From NCBI RefSeq assembly GCF_000284455.1, contig NC_017039.1, positions 2,760,001 through 2,792,000 of the forward strand: 32,000 nt of DNA, given 5' to 3'. The first letter of the stretch is position 1. Every line of letters starts with the position of its first letter. The translations under genes were made by a program, and so were the position numbers. The notes under the pieces are model-generated. The model did no database searches and was not told the DNA's origin. It saw nothing but the letters and a program-made list of their open reading frames with translations. This document shows, piece after piece, positions 8,685 through 18,861 of this stretch. This DNA is from Synechocystis sp. PCC 6803 substr. PCC-P (lineage in GTDB: Bacteria > Cyanobacteriota > Cyanobacteriia > Cyanobacteriales > Microcystaceae).

Positions 8685-9134
8685 ATGGCTGGCACTGAAA
8701 TTTCCGCTATCACGACAAAACTGCTGGAAGCAAAAAAAGCAAAGGGAATCACGTTTGCTGATTTAGAACAATTGCTCGGACGGGATGAAGTCTGGATTGC
8801 TGCTGTGATTTATCGACAGGCCAGCGCCTCCGTTGATGAGGCGGAGAAACTTCTTCACTGCCTTGGCTTGAGCGATGATCTTGTGCCCGAACTGACTGCT
8901 CCTTCGGTTAAGGGTTTGGGGCCGGTTGTGCCCACAGATCCCCTCATTTATCGCTTTTATGAGATCATGCAGGTCTACGGTATGCCCATGAAGGAAGTAA
9001 TCCATGAGAAATTTGGGGACGGTATCATGAGTGCCATCGACTTCACCTTAGACATTGAGAAGGAAGCAGACCCTAAAGGCGATCGGGTTAAAGTAACGAT
9101 GAATGGTAAGTTTTTACCCTACAAGAAATGGTAA
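8685..9134 (+). CDS. cynS: Cyanate hydratase (cyanase)
   Basis: 149 aa. Characteristic C-terminal half [64 protein letters not shown]; AAGGAG RBS upstream. Confidence 0.96.
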   Translation: MAGTEISAITTKLLEAKKAKGITFADLEQLLGRDEVWIAAVIYRQASASVDEAEKLLHCLGLSDDLVPELTAPSVKGLGPVVPTDPLIYRFYEIMQVYGMPMKEVIHEKFGDGIMSAIDFTLDIEKEADPKGDRVKVTMNGKFLPYKKW

Positions 9135-9149
9135 TGGGGGACCACCGAA

Positions 9150-10322
9150 ATGATTTCCGTTGCCGCCGCCGTTGAAATTATCCAAGCCCATTGGCCCAAT
9201 TTTGGTGATACTACCATGGATGTTGATGGTAGCTATGGGAGAGTTTTGGCAGAATCCATTGAAGCTGACCGGGATTATCCCCCCGGCGATCGGGTGATGA
9301 TGGACGGAGTTGCCTTGGCTTGGTCGGAATACCACCAGGGCCGTCGTCATTTCAAGCTTTTAGGGACGGTGGCCGCTGGGACTCCGCAATCTAGTTTGCC
9401 AGACCAGACCGGTTGCTTAGAGGTGATGACGGGAGCCCTACTACCCCAGAATTGTGATTTGGTTATTCCTTACGAAGAAGTGGCGATCGCCGATAATCAG
9501 GTAAAAATTATTAATCCTCGGCAGAGAGAACCGGGGGAATTTGTTCACCCCAAGGCTAGTGACTGTCGAGCAGGCAAAGTCATTTTAGAATCTTCCTCAA
9601 AGTTAAATGGTCCTGCCTGGAATATTATTACTTCCTTTGGAAAAACTAAAGTTAGAGTTAAACAAAAGCCCCGCATCCAAATTATTTCTACTGGGGATGA
9701 ATTGGTAGAAATTACTCAAAAGCCAAAAATTCATCAATTACGTCGCTCTAACATTTATGGGCTCCAAGTATCTTTGCAAAGCCGAGGGTTTCAAAACGTA
9801 AATTTGACCCACTTAGCTGATGATAAAGAAGTAATTATTCGCCATTATCAAAAGGCTAAACTGGAATATAGAGTTTTGATTTATTCCGGTGGTATTTCTA
9901 AAGGAAAATTTGATTATTTACCAGAAGTCTGGTCCCAATTGGGGGTAACTAAATATATCCATGGTGTGGCTCAAAAGCCTGGTAAACCAATGTATTTTGG
10001 TATTGATCATCGGAGTAAAACTGTTATTATTGGTCTGCCAGGGAATCCAATTTCTAGCCTTGTTTGTCTACATCGCTATTTTTTGGATAGTGCTCCAATC
10101 TACGCTCAGTTAACTACGGATTTTACTTTTAAAAAAGATTTAACCTATTTCTTGCCTGTTAAACTAAGTCACACACCCCAAGCGGTGATTAAAGCTGAGC
10201 CACTGCCAGTCAAAAACTCCGGGGAATTTATTGCCCTAGCTGGCAGTGATGGCTTTTTGGAATTACCCCAACACCAAGCATCTTTTCAGGCTGGAGAATG
10301 TTTTCCTTTCTATGCCTGGTAG
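9150..10322 (+). CDS. moeA: Molybdopterin molybdenumtransferase
   Basis: 390 aa. MMDGVAL, IISTGDELVE, YSGGISKGKFDYLPEV and GLPGNPISSLV motifs of MoeA; starts 16 bp after cynS. Confidence 0.93.
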   Translation: MISVAAAVEIIQAHWPNFGDTTMDVDGSYGRVLAESIEADRDYPPGDRVMMDGVALAWSEYHQGRRHFKLLGTVAAGTPQSSLPDQTGCLEVMTGALLPQNCDLVIPYEEVAIADNQVKIINPRQREPGEFVHPKASDCRAGKVILESSSKLNGPAWNIITSFGKTKVRVKQKPRIQIISTGDELVEITQKPKIHQLRRSNIYGLQVSLQSRGFQNVNLTHLADDKEVIIRHYQKAKLEYRVLIYSGGISKGKFDYLPEVWSQLGVTKYIHGVAQKPGKPMYFGIDHRSKTVIIGLPGNPISSLVCLHRYFLDSAPIYAQLTTDFTFKKDLTYFLPVKLSHTPQAVIKAEPLPVKNSGEFIALAGSDGFLELPQHQASFQAGECFPFYAW

Positions 10323-10336
10323 AATTAGCATTGCCC

Positions 10337-11281
10337 ATGTCTAAGACCTTAGTTGATAGTTATGGCCGTCGCATTCGTAAATTGAGGGTTTCCCTCACGG
10401 ATCAGTGTAATTTGCGTTGCCATTATTGTATGCCAGTAGATGCAATATTTCTTGAGCAATCAAGCTATTTATCTTGTCAGGAATATGGGGAAATTATTGG
10501 AGAGTTAATTGCGTTGGGCTTGGAAGAAGTCCGTTTAACGGGGGGAGAACCTTTATTAAGAAGGAATTTTACTGAAATTGTCCGAGCCATCGGTCAATTA
10601 AAACTTAAAAAGATTGGTTTAACCACTAATGGTATTGTTCTAGATCGACATTTAGATACCCTGGGGGAGAATAATGTTCTGGATTTAAACGTTAGTCTCG
10701 ATAGTTTAAACGCCAAAACTTTTTCAGAAATCACCCATCGCAATTGCCTTAATACAATTCTTCGTAATCTTGAATTAGCTTCTCGTCAGGGATTTAAAAT
10801 CAAACTTAACACTGTAGTAATGAGGGAAATTAATGACCGTGAAATTTTTGATCTTATTGAATATGCTAAGCGATGGGAAATGGAAATTAGATTTTTGGAA
10901 ATTATGCGTATTGGATATGCCTGTCGACACCAAGAAAAAACGTTTATTTCTGCCCAAGAGTTACTGGCAAAAATCCAGCAAAAATATAGCCTAAAACCGA
11001 TCCAATCTGCCTTAGATGCTACGGCATTTCGTTACAGCACTAGTTGTGGAGGCATAATCGGTTTTATTGCCTCCGAATCCCAGCCATTTTGCGGTCATTG
11101 TTCCCGTTGGCGGTTATCGGTAGATGGCACTCTAAGGGCTTGTTTACTTAAAAATGAAGGGATCAATATTCGTAACTTTTCATCCTTGGAACGCCAACAT
11201 GTTTATCAGCAATTATTGGGGATGAAGCCCTATTTGCGTCCCCCTGAAGTTAGCCACGCTATGCATCAAATTGGAGGATAA
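10337..11281 (+). CDS. moaA: GTP 3',8-cyclase (radical SAM, Moco biosynthesis)
   Basis: MSKTLVDSYGRRIRKLRVSLTDQCNLRCHYCMP (CxxxCxxC), LTGGEPLLR, and C-terminal FCGHCSRWRLSVDGTLRACL cluster motif. The track start at 10298 overlaps moeA; ATG 10337 is preferred. Confidence 0.95.
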   Translation: MSKTLVDSYGRRIRKLRVSLTDQCNLRCHYCMPVDAIFLEQSSYLSCQEYGEIIGELIALGLEEVRLTGGEPLLRRNFTEIVRAIGQLKLKKIGLTTNGIVLDRHLDTLGENNVLDLNVSLDSLNAKTFSEITHRNCLNTILRNLELASRQGFKIKLNTVVMREINDREIFDLIEYAKRWEMEIRFLEIMRIGYACRHQEKTFISAQELLAKIQQKYSLKPIQSALDATAFRYSTSCGGIIGFIASESQPFCGHCSRWRLSVDGTLRACLLKNEGINIRNFSSLERQHVYQQLLGMKPYLRPPEVSHAMHQIGG

Positions 11282-12325
11282 ATGTTTACCCATCTTGACG
11301 AAAATCAACAGCCCCGTATGGTGGACATTAGTCAAAAAGTAGCTGGCGATCGCCGGGCGGTGGCCCAGTGCATAGTGCAGTTACCCAAAGCTATCAAAGA
11401 TTACTTAACAGGACAGGAAATTTTTCTCAAGAAAGGGCCGGTTATTCAAACAGCGATTATCGCCGGTACTATGGCGGTGAAAAAAACAGCGGATCTGATT
11501 CCCTTTTGCCACACTTTGCCAATCCATGGGTGTAAATTTGATATTAATATTGTTTATCAAAAGCGAGATTATTTAGAAATATTTTTACAATGTGCTGTTA
11601 ACACTAATTACAAAACTGGCGTGGAAATGGAAGCCCTTTGCGGGGTTTCAGTGGCAGCATTGACTATTTACGATATGTGTAAATCTATCAGCTCAGAAAT
11701 TATCATCAAAAATACTAAATTAATCGAAAAAACTGGTGGTAAAGCTGATGTTAGCCAAACGCCCCTTTACGGTTTAGTGTTGACCGGGGGAAAAAGTAGA
11801 CGCATGGGGAAAGATAAAGCTTTAATTAATTATCAAGGGCAACCCCATGGGCAATATATTTATGATTTGTTGGCAAAATATTGCGAGCAAGTTTTCTTGT
11901 CTGCCCGTCCTAGTCAGTGGCAAGGAACACCGTTGGAAAATTTACCTACCCTAGTAGATAGGGGAGAAAGTGTGGGGCCGATGTCGGGAATTTTAACGGC
12001 TTTGCAGAGCTATCCTGGGGTTAATTGGCTCATTATTGCCTGTGATTTAGCCTATATCAATAGTACAATGGTGGAAAAATTAATTGCCCAGGCTCGCCAA
12101 GATTTGGTGGCAACTTGCTACGAAAATGCGGATCAAGGTTTTCCCGAAGCTCTCTGTGGTTTTTATACTCCCCTTGCTCTACAGTTATTTACTAAAGCCC
12201 AAAATATTGGTTTACATTGTCCAGTTAAAATTTTACAAATGGCAGATTGTCAGCTGATTAAACCGGATAATTTATTTGATATCGCTAATATTAATAGTCC
12301 TGAAGATTATGGCCAAATCAATTAA
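11282..12325 (+). CDS. moaC-mobA: MoaC-MobA fusion: cyclic pyranopterin monophosphate synthase plus molybdenum cofactor guanylyltransferase
   Basis: N-terminal MoaC (PRMVDISQKVAGDRRAVAQ, KKTADLIPFCHTLPI, GVEMEALCGVSVAALTIYDMCKS) runs directly into MobA (YGLVLTGGKSRRMGKDKALINYQG...LIIACDLAYI) in one 347-aa ORF. Confidence 0.93.
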   Translation: MFTHLDENQQPRMVDISQKVAGDRRAVAQCIVQLPKAIKDYLTGQEIFLKKGPVIQTAIIAGTMAVKKTADLIPFCHTLPIHGCKFDINIVYQKRDYLEIFLQCAVNTNYKTGVEMEALCGVSVAALTIYDMCKSISSEIIIKNTKLIEKTGGKADVSQTPLYGLVLTGGKSRRMGKDKALINYQGQPHGQYIYDLLAKYCEQVFLSARPSQWQGTPLENLPTLVDRGESVGPMSGILTALQSYPGVNWLIIACDLAYINSTMVEKLIAQARQDLVATCYENADQGFPEALCGFYTPLALQLFTKAQNIGLHCPVKILQMADCQLIKPDNLFDIANINSPEDYGQIN

Positions 12326-12554
12326 ACTCAGATATTTTGCTTCTCTCCAAGAACAGGCTAAGGTTGCAGAAGAAAGTTTAGTAACAAAGCTAAATACCTA
12401 CCAAGAACTTTATGATTCCTTGGCTAAACGTCATGGTTTTAATTTATCCTCCTCCCAAGTCAAAGTGGCAGTTAATGATGAATTTACCACCATGGAAAAT
12501 ATAATTTTAGACCAGTCCACAATTGTTTTTATCCCCCCCGTTGCTGGGGGTTAA
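12309..12554 (+). CDS. moaD: Molybdopterin synthase small subunit
   Basis: ATG 12309 ([19 protein letters not shown]...), ubiquitin-like fold length, C-terminal ...IPPVAGG diglycine. Overlaps the 3' end of the moaC-mobA ORF by 17 nt. Confidence 0.9.
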
Positions 12555-12559
12555 TTTCC

Positions 12560-12997
12560 ATGGCTTTAGCTTTATTTGACATTAGTGATCAACCAATCAA
12601 TACCCAACCTTTAATTTCAGCTTTACAGTGTGACCAAGCTGGAGCCCTAGTAACTTTTGCTGGTTGGGTGAGAAACCACAATGACGGTAAACAAGTCGAC
12701 TCTTTGGAATACCAAGTCTATCGGGAGTTAGCCATCAACGAGGGTTTTAAAATTATTGCTGAAGCTAAAGAAAAATATGATCTCCACCAGGCGATCGCCG
12801 TCCATCGTAGTGGCCATTTAAAAATTGGTGAAACTGCAGTATGGGTGGGGACTGTGGCTAGCCATCGCCAAGCTGCTTTTCAAGGTACTCAGTATGTTAT
12901 TGACCAAATTAAACTGAGATTACCCATTTGGAAAAAGGAACATTACTTCGATTATCCGGCCACATGGGTTTATTGTTGCCATCATCATGGTAGTTAG
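12560..12997 (+). CDS. moaE: Molybdopterin synthase large subunit
   Basis: 145 aa. [59 protein letters not shown] and [11 protein letters not shown] are MoaE hallmarks. Confidence 0.94.
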
Positions 12998-13151
12998 ATT
13001 ACTAACCATCTGGCTAAATGGAGATTAATAACACTAATTAATGGCACTAATTTGATTTAATAACGATAATTATCCGGTGGGAATTGGTAATTTTAGTGAC
13101 CCTTTTTCGCTAGGATAATTAAAGTAAAATAACTCGAGGGTAATATTGATC

Positions 13152-13436
13152 ATGGCTAATACAACTAAAGGAGCCGATGCCATTGACCAGGCGATCGCCG
13201 CTGGCATTGATTTTGATGGCAGTGCCATTCCCGAAGCCAAGCTGGAACTCTATCATCAGGTGATGGGCTTGGAAGCAGGTCGGCAACGCAGTGGGGTCAG
13301 TAATACCATGCGCTCCCGCATTGTCCGCATTGGAGCCAAACATATTGTCCAGGCAGAACTAGACCAAAAATTAATTGACGCTGGCTTTGCACCCCTCAAG
13401 GATAAAGAAATTGCTTTTTTCTATGGCGCTAAGTAG
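13152..13436 (+). CDS. Small protein of unknown function (94 aa)
   Basis: MANTTKGADAIDQAIAAGIDFDGSAIPEAKLELYHQVMGLEAGRQRSGVSNTMRSRIVRIGAKHIVQAELDQKLIDAGFAPLKDKEIAFFYGAK. Free-standing ORF with plausible composition; no recognised motif. Confidence 0.65.
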   Translation: MANTTKGADAIDQAIAAGIDFDGSAIPEAKLELYHQVMGLEAGRQRSGVSNTMRSRIVRIGAKHIVQAELDQKLIDAGFAPLKDKEIAFFYGAK

Positions 13437-13594
13437 GCTACTTTGCGTCTGAGCAGAGTAGCTATCTTGCCTCTTGGCTAACTAAGCCCACAGTCCATTG
13501 TCACCCTGCAGAGTTTGGGACCTTTAGTGAAAATTTTCCCATGTTATCTTGATAGGTAAAATCAGGCTAGGTGAACTGAGTTTGTGGGTCGACT

Positions 13595-15124
13595 ATGTTA
13601 GCAAGGGTTTGGAGTGCTTCCCTGTTGGGCATTGATGCCATTAAGGTCGGGGTAGAAGTAGACGTTTCCGCTGGGCTTCCGGCGATCGCCGTGGTGGGGC
13701 TACCAGATACGGCAGTGCAGGAATCCAGGGAACGGGTCAAGGCGGCGTTAAAGAATGCGGGCTTTGCTTTCCCCGTGCGGCGCATTGTCATTAATCTCAC
13801 CCCGGCCGATTTACGTAAAGAAGGCCCCAGCTTTGACTTACCCATTGGCATTGGCATCCTGGCCGCATCGGAGCAGGTGGATGCCCAACTATTGGGAGAT
13901 TATTTGTTTTTAGGGGAAATGTCCCTGGATGGCAGTTTACGGGCGATCGCCGGTGTTCTTCCCATTGCGGCCACAGCGCAAAAAATGGGCTTAGCAGGCA
14001 TAGTGGTACCGTCGGGCAACGCCTTGGAAGCCTCCGTGGTGCAGGGCTTAAAAGTCTATGGCTTCGACCACATTAAAGAAGTGGTGGACTTTCTCGGAGC
14101 ACCGGAAAAATTTACCCCAGTTAATGCCCAGGATGCCAAGCAACAGTGGAACACCTCCCTGCCTTGTTTGGATTTGAAAGATGTGAAAGGGCAATCCCAT
14201 GGCCGGAGAGCCTTAGAAATTGCCGCCGCCGGAGGCCATAACTTGATTTTTGTCGGCCCACCAGGCAGTGGGAAAACCATGTTGGCTCGCCGTTTGCCTG
14301 GTATCTTGCCGCCGCTCCAATTTGAAGAAGCGTTGGAAGTGTCCCAAGTCCATTCTGTGGCAGGGTTACTGAAAGAACGGGGACAATTAATCCGTCAGCG
14401 TCCTTTTCGCAGTCCCCACCATTCCGCCTCTGGTCCTTCCCTAGTGGGAGGGGGGAGTTTTCCTCGGCCGGGGGAAATTTCCTTGGCCCATCGGGGGGTT
14501 TTGTTTTTAGATGAACTGACAGAATTTAAACGCAATGTGTTGGAATTTTTGCGTCAACCCTTGGAGGACGGGCACGTTACCATTTCCCGCACCAAGCAAA
14601 CCATCATGTTCCCAGCCCAATTTACCCTGATTGCCAGCACCAATCCCTGTCCCTGTGGTTATTTTGGCGATCCCATTCAAGCCTGTTCCTGTTCTCCTCG
14701 CCAGAGGGAAATGTATTGGTCTAAGCTTTCTGGCCCTTTGATGGACCGCATTGATCTACAGGTGGCAGTTAACCGTCTTAAGCCAGAGGAAATGACTAGC
14801 CAAGGCCAGGGAGAAAGTTCAGAACCAGTGCGGCAAAGAGTAGCCAAGGCCAGGGCCATGGCGATCGCCAGATTTAGTAAAGATGCAAAAATTAGTTGTA
14901 ATGCCGAAATGCAGGCAGGGCAATTGCGTCAATTTTGTCACTTGGATGAAAACTGCCGTCAACTGCTGGAAGGAGCGATCAAAAAACTGGGGCTCTCCGC
15001 CCGGGCCATGGACCGCATTTTGAAAGTATCCCGCACCATCGCTGACCTAGGGCGATCGGAGCATATCCAAGCATCTCATCTGGCGGAAGCTATTCAATAC
15101 CGCACCCTAGATAGGTTCACTTAA
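13595..15124 (+). CDS. comM: ComM/YifB family Mg-chelatase-like AAA+ ATPase
   Basis: 509 aa. Walker A GPPGSGKTMLARRLPGILPPL, FRSPHHSASGPSLVGGG, FLDELTEF, and C-terminal RILKVSRTIADL. Confidence 0.92.
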   Translation: MLARVWSASLLGIDAIKVGVEVDVSAGLPAIAVVGLPDTAVQESRERVKAALKNAGFAFPVRRIVINLTPADLRKEGPSFDLPIGIGILAASEQVDAQLLGDYLFLGEMSLDGSLRAIAGVLPIAATAQKMGLAGIVVPSGNALEASVVQGLKVYGFDHIKEVVDFLGAPEKFTPVNAQDAKQQWNTSLPCLDLKDVKGQSHGRRALEIAAAGGHNLIFVGPPGSGKTMLARRLPGILPPLQFEEALEVSQVHSVAGLLKERGQLIRQRPFRSPHHSASGPSLVGGGSFPRPGEISLAHRGVLFLDELTEFKRNVLEFLRQPLEDGHVTISRTKQTIMFPAQFTLIASTNPCPCGYFGDPIQACSCSPRQREMYWSKLSGPLMDRIDLQVAVNRLKPEEMTSQGQGESSEPVRQRVAKARAMAIARFSKDAKISCNAEMQAGQLRQFCHLDENCRQLLEGAIKKLGLSARAMDRILKVSRTIADLGRSEHIQASHLAEAIQYRTLDRFT

Positions 15125-15274
15125 ACAATAAAGCTAGCTTTTTTTGCGTATATCCAAATAATTTACCAATATCTACTTAGTCATCATCAGACTAGCGAGC
15201 GCTTTTGAACAATCTTAGGAGATCGAGACATGGATGGCCTGACCCTGACTAAAAAAAGTGGATAAAGCACAATA

Positions 15275-16774
15275 ATGCGGATTCTCATTTTAAACCCACC
15301 CCACCCGGCCATTGGTAGCCGAATTCCAAAGGAACAACTGCCACCTCTGGGGCTTTTAAGTATTGGTGGCCCATTGTTGGATGCTGGCCATGATGTTACT
15401 CTGCTCGATGCTGAATTTGGTCCACTTACAGACAGTGAAATCGTAGAACGAGTTTGCGCTCATTGCCCACAATTACTTTTGATTGGGCATTCTGGATCAA
15501 CTTCTGCCCATCCCATCGTTTGCCGCCTAACGTTGTTTTTACGTGAACGATTGCCAAACTTGATAATTGTTTATGGTGGTGTTTTTCCGACTTATCATTT
15601 TCATGACATCCTAACAAAGGAACCCCAAATTGATTTTATTGTTCGAGGTGAAGGTGAAGCTACTGTTGCCAAATTGATAGCCGCCCTTGAAAATCATAAT
15701 GATTTAAATAAAGTAGATGGTATTGCCTTCCGTCGCGACGAACAAATTATTGAAACGCTTCCTGCTCCGATGATTCAAGACCTTGATGTCTATCGTGTGG
15801 GCTGGGAACTCGTAGACTTGAAAAAATATAGTTATTATGGCGGTAAACAGGCCGTGGTTATCCAGTTTTCCCGGGGTTGTCCCCATTTGTGTAACTATTG
15901 CGGACAAAGGGGATTTTGGGCCCGTTGGCGACATCGTGATCCTAAAAAATTTGCCCAGGAAATTGTCTGGCTCCATCGAACTCACGGCGTACAATTATTT
16001 AATTTAGCGGATGAAAATCCAACGGTAAATAAAGCCATTTGGCAAGAGTTTTGCGAAGCTATCATCGCCGAAAATATATCCATAACTATTATCGGTTCAA
16101 CTCGAGCAGATGATATTGTACGGGATGCCGATATTCTACATCTTTACCGCAGGGCAGGAGTCGAGCGATTTTTGTTAGGTATGGAAAATACAAATGAAGC
16201 TACGCTCAAGCACATACGAAAAGGAAGTAAGACAAGCACTGATCGTGAAGCAATTCGATTATTAAGACAGCATAATATTCTCTCCCTTGCCACTTGGGTA
16301 ACGGATTTTGAAGAGGTTAGAGATCGTGATTTTATTCAGGCTTTAAAGCAGTTACTGTATTACGATCCCGATCAAATTATGTCGTTGTACGTTACGCCCC
16401 ATCGTTGGACTAGTTTCTATGGCATTGCATCGGAAAGGCGTGTCATCCAACTTGATCAAACCAAATGGGACTATAAGCACCAAGTTTTAGCAGCTACCCA
16501 TATGCCTCCCTGGCGAATTTTTCTGTGGGTAAAGTTGATTGAAATTTTGCTACAAACTCGACCGAAAGCACTATGGCGTTTATTGTTTCAACCGAATAAA
16601 GCTTCGCGACGGGGAATGTATTGGTTTACCCTGATGGGTCGTCGCGTTTTAGTACATGAGCTGATTAATTTTTTCTTTGGCGATCGCCGAGTGAAAAATG
16701 GGCCCACACTACAGGAATTTTGGGGAATGCCACAAGAACATCAAGAAATTCCCTTGAGTATCACTCGTAAATAG
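15275..16774 (+). CDS. B12-binding-domain radical SAM protein, BchE-like
   Basis: 499 aa. MRILILNPPHPAIG...PPLGLLSIGGPLLDAGHDVTLLDAE (B12-binding-like), FIVRGEGE, FSRGCPHLCNYCGQRG (CxxxCxxC). Confidence 0.85.
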   Translation: MRILILNPPHPAIGSRIPKEQLPPLGLLSIGGPLLDAGHDVTLLDAEFGPLTDSEIVERVCAHCPQLLLIGHSGSTSAHPIVCRLTLFLRERLPNLIIVYGGVFPTYHFHDILTKEPQIDFIVRGEGEATVAKLIAALENHNDLNKVDGIAFRRDEQIIETLPAPMIQDLDVYRVGWELVDLKKYSYYGGKQAVVIQFSRGCPHLCNYCGQRGFWARWRHRDPKKFAQEIVWLHRTHGVQLFNLADENPTVNKAIWQEFCEAIIAENISITIIGSTRADDIVRDADILHLYRRAGVERFLLGMENTNEATLKHIRKGSKTSTDREAIRLLRQHNILSLATWVTDFEEVRDRDFIQALKQLLYYDPDQIMSLYVTPHRWTSFYGIASERRVIQLDQTKWDYKHQVLAATHMPPWRIFLWVKLIEILLQTRPKALWRLLFQPNKASRRGMYWFTLMGRRVLVHELINFFFGDRRVKNGPTLQEFWGMPQEHQEIPLSITRK

Positions 16775-17213
16775 CTAAAAACGGTCAGAATATTTTTTGC
16801 TCAACCCCATCACCTCTGCCATAGGTAAAATCGAAACCCCCAAGGCGATCGGCATTTTACTTTTTCCTTGTCACTAGCTTTTTGTAGTCATTTTTTCATT
16901 TGTTGTCCCTGGACCGGTAGACAGTAATCAAACCGACGGTGGAATCCGCACTTTGGAGTATTCCCCAAACTGATGAATTCAGCTTCGCTCACCCCCATCA
17001 TCAGGTCAGCAACAAAAGTGTAGTCCCTGGCCATTCCATCGTGGCCGCGCCATGGGCGATCGCCAGTTTCTTATGGGAGCAAGGTGGGGCTAACCGCACC
17101 GTCCCTAGGTCATTCAAGCCCTTTGCCTATCCCCTGGACAGCTTGCAGAAATCCTGGCCGCTCGTTACAATCCTTCAAAATATTCTCACTTTGTAAGGGA
17201 TAATGGATAAAAC

Positions 17214-17242
17214 TTGACTCTGTCTGTCTTGTTCGGTTAACA
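17214..17242 (+). promoter_or_regulatory. Possible psbB promoter -35/-10
   Basis: TTGACT at 17214-17219, 17-nt spacer, TTAACA at 17237-17242, about 95 nt upstream of the psbB start; an AAGGAG RBS sits at 17328-17333. Confidence 0.3.
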
Positions 17243-17337
17243 CAACCTATAGACAAGGGTTTTATTTACCCAACGCAGAATAAAAATTAAAACGTCTTTA
17301 AGACACAAAACACTATTCGTTACTAGAAGGAGCGTCA

Positions 17338-18861
17338 ATGGGACTACCTTGGTATCGCGTTCATACAGTTGTCCTGAATGATCCAGGGCGACTCATCTCT
17401 GTCCATTTAATGCACACTGCCCTAGTGGCTGGCTGGGCTGGATCTATGGCTCTCTATGAGTTGGCCATTTTTGACTCCAGCGATGCTGTGCTTAACCCCA
17501 TGTGGCGGCAAGGCATGTTTGTTTTGCCCTTCATGGCCCGCCTCGGTGTCACCAGTTCCTGGAATGGCTGGAGCGTCACCGGAGAAACTGGTTTGGATCC
17601 CGGTTTCTGGTCCTTTGAAGGGGTAGCTGCTGCCCACATCGTTCTATCTGGTCTGTTGTTCCTAGCCGCCGTATGGCACTGGGTATTTTGGGACCTGGAA
17701 TTATTTGTTGACCCCCGTACCGGTGAATCCGCATTGGATTTGCCCAAAATGTTTGGTATTCACCTCTTCTTGTCTGGTTTGCTCTGCTTCGGTTTTGGTG
17801 CTTTCCACCTCACCGGCGTTTGGGGCCCTGGCATGTGGGTATCCGACCCCTATGGTCTGACGGGCCACGTACAGCCAGTGGCACCGGAATGGGGACCAGC
17901 TGGCTTTAACCCGTTTAACCCCGGTGGGGTAGTGGCTCACCACATTGCTGCTGGTATTGTCGGTATCATTGCCGGTCTTTTCCACCTTACGGTACGGCCC
18001 CCTGAGCGCTTGTATAAAGCCCTCCGCATGGGGAATATTGAGACCGTATTGTCCAGTAGTATTGCCGCTGTATTTTTTGCCGCTTTCGTCGTGGCCGGTA
18101 CCATGTGGTACGGTAATGCCACCACCCCCATCGAACTCTTTGGCCCCACCCGTTATCAGTGGGATAAGGGTTATTTTCAAGAAGAAATCCAACGCCGGGT
18201 TGATAGCCAGTTAGCAGAAGGAGCTTCCCTATCTGAAGCCTGGTCCACCATCCCTGAAAAGTTGGCTTTCTACGATTACGTCGGTAACAGCCCCGCTAAA
18301 GGTGGTTTGTTTCGTACCGGTGCTATGAACAGTGGTGATGGCATTGCCCAGGAATGGATTGGTCACCCCATATTCAAAGACAAAGAAGGTCGGGAACTGG
18401 AGGTACGGCGTATGCCTAACTTCTTTGAAACTTTCCCCGTCATCATGACCGATGCGGATGGTGTAGTCCGGGCGGATATTCCCTTCCGTCGTTCCGAGTC
18501 TAAATTCAGTGTGGAACAAACCGGTGTTACCGTCAGCTTCTACGGTGGTGCTTTAGACGGCCAGACCTTCAGCAATCCCAGTGATGTGAAGAAGTTTGCC
18601 CGGAAAGCTCAGTTGGGTGAAGGCTTCGACTTCGATACGGAAACCTTCAACTCTGATGGTGTATTCCGCACCAGTCCCCGGGGTTGGTTTACCTTTGGCC
18701 ACGCTGTCTTTGCCTTGCTCTTCTTCTTTGGTCACATCTGGCATGGTTCCCGGACTCTGTTCCGTGACGTATTTGCTGGGGTTGATCCTGGTTTGGAAGA
18801 ACAAGTGGAATTTGGTGTGTTTGCTAAGGTTGGTGACCTTTCCACCCGGAAAGAAGCCTAG
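17338..18861 (+). CDS. psbB: Photosystem II CP47 chlorophyll-binding protein
   Basis: 507 aa. [49 protein letters not shown]-like start and full-length CP47 features. Confidence 0.98.

Noticed and set aside
16939-17196. 85-aa plus-strand ORF between the BchE-like gene and psbB
   Set aside because: Composition is unconvincing, there is no clear RBS, and no recognisable motif. Left as unassigned intergenic sequence.
17701-18192. Long minus-strand ORF inside psbB (163 aa)
   Set aside because: Shadow ORF antisense to a highly conserved photosystem gene.
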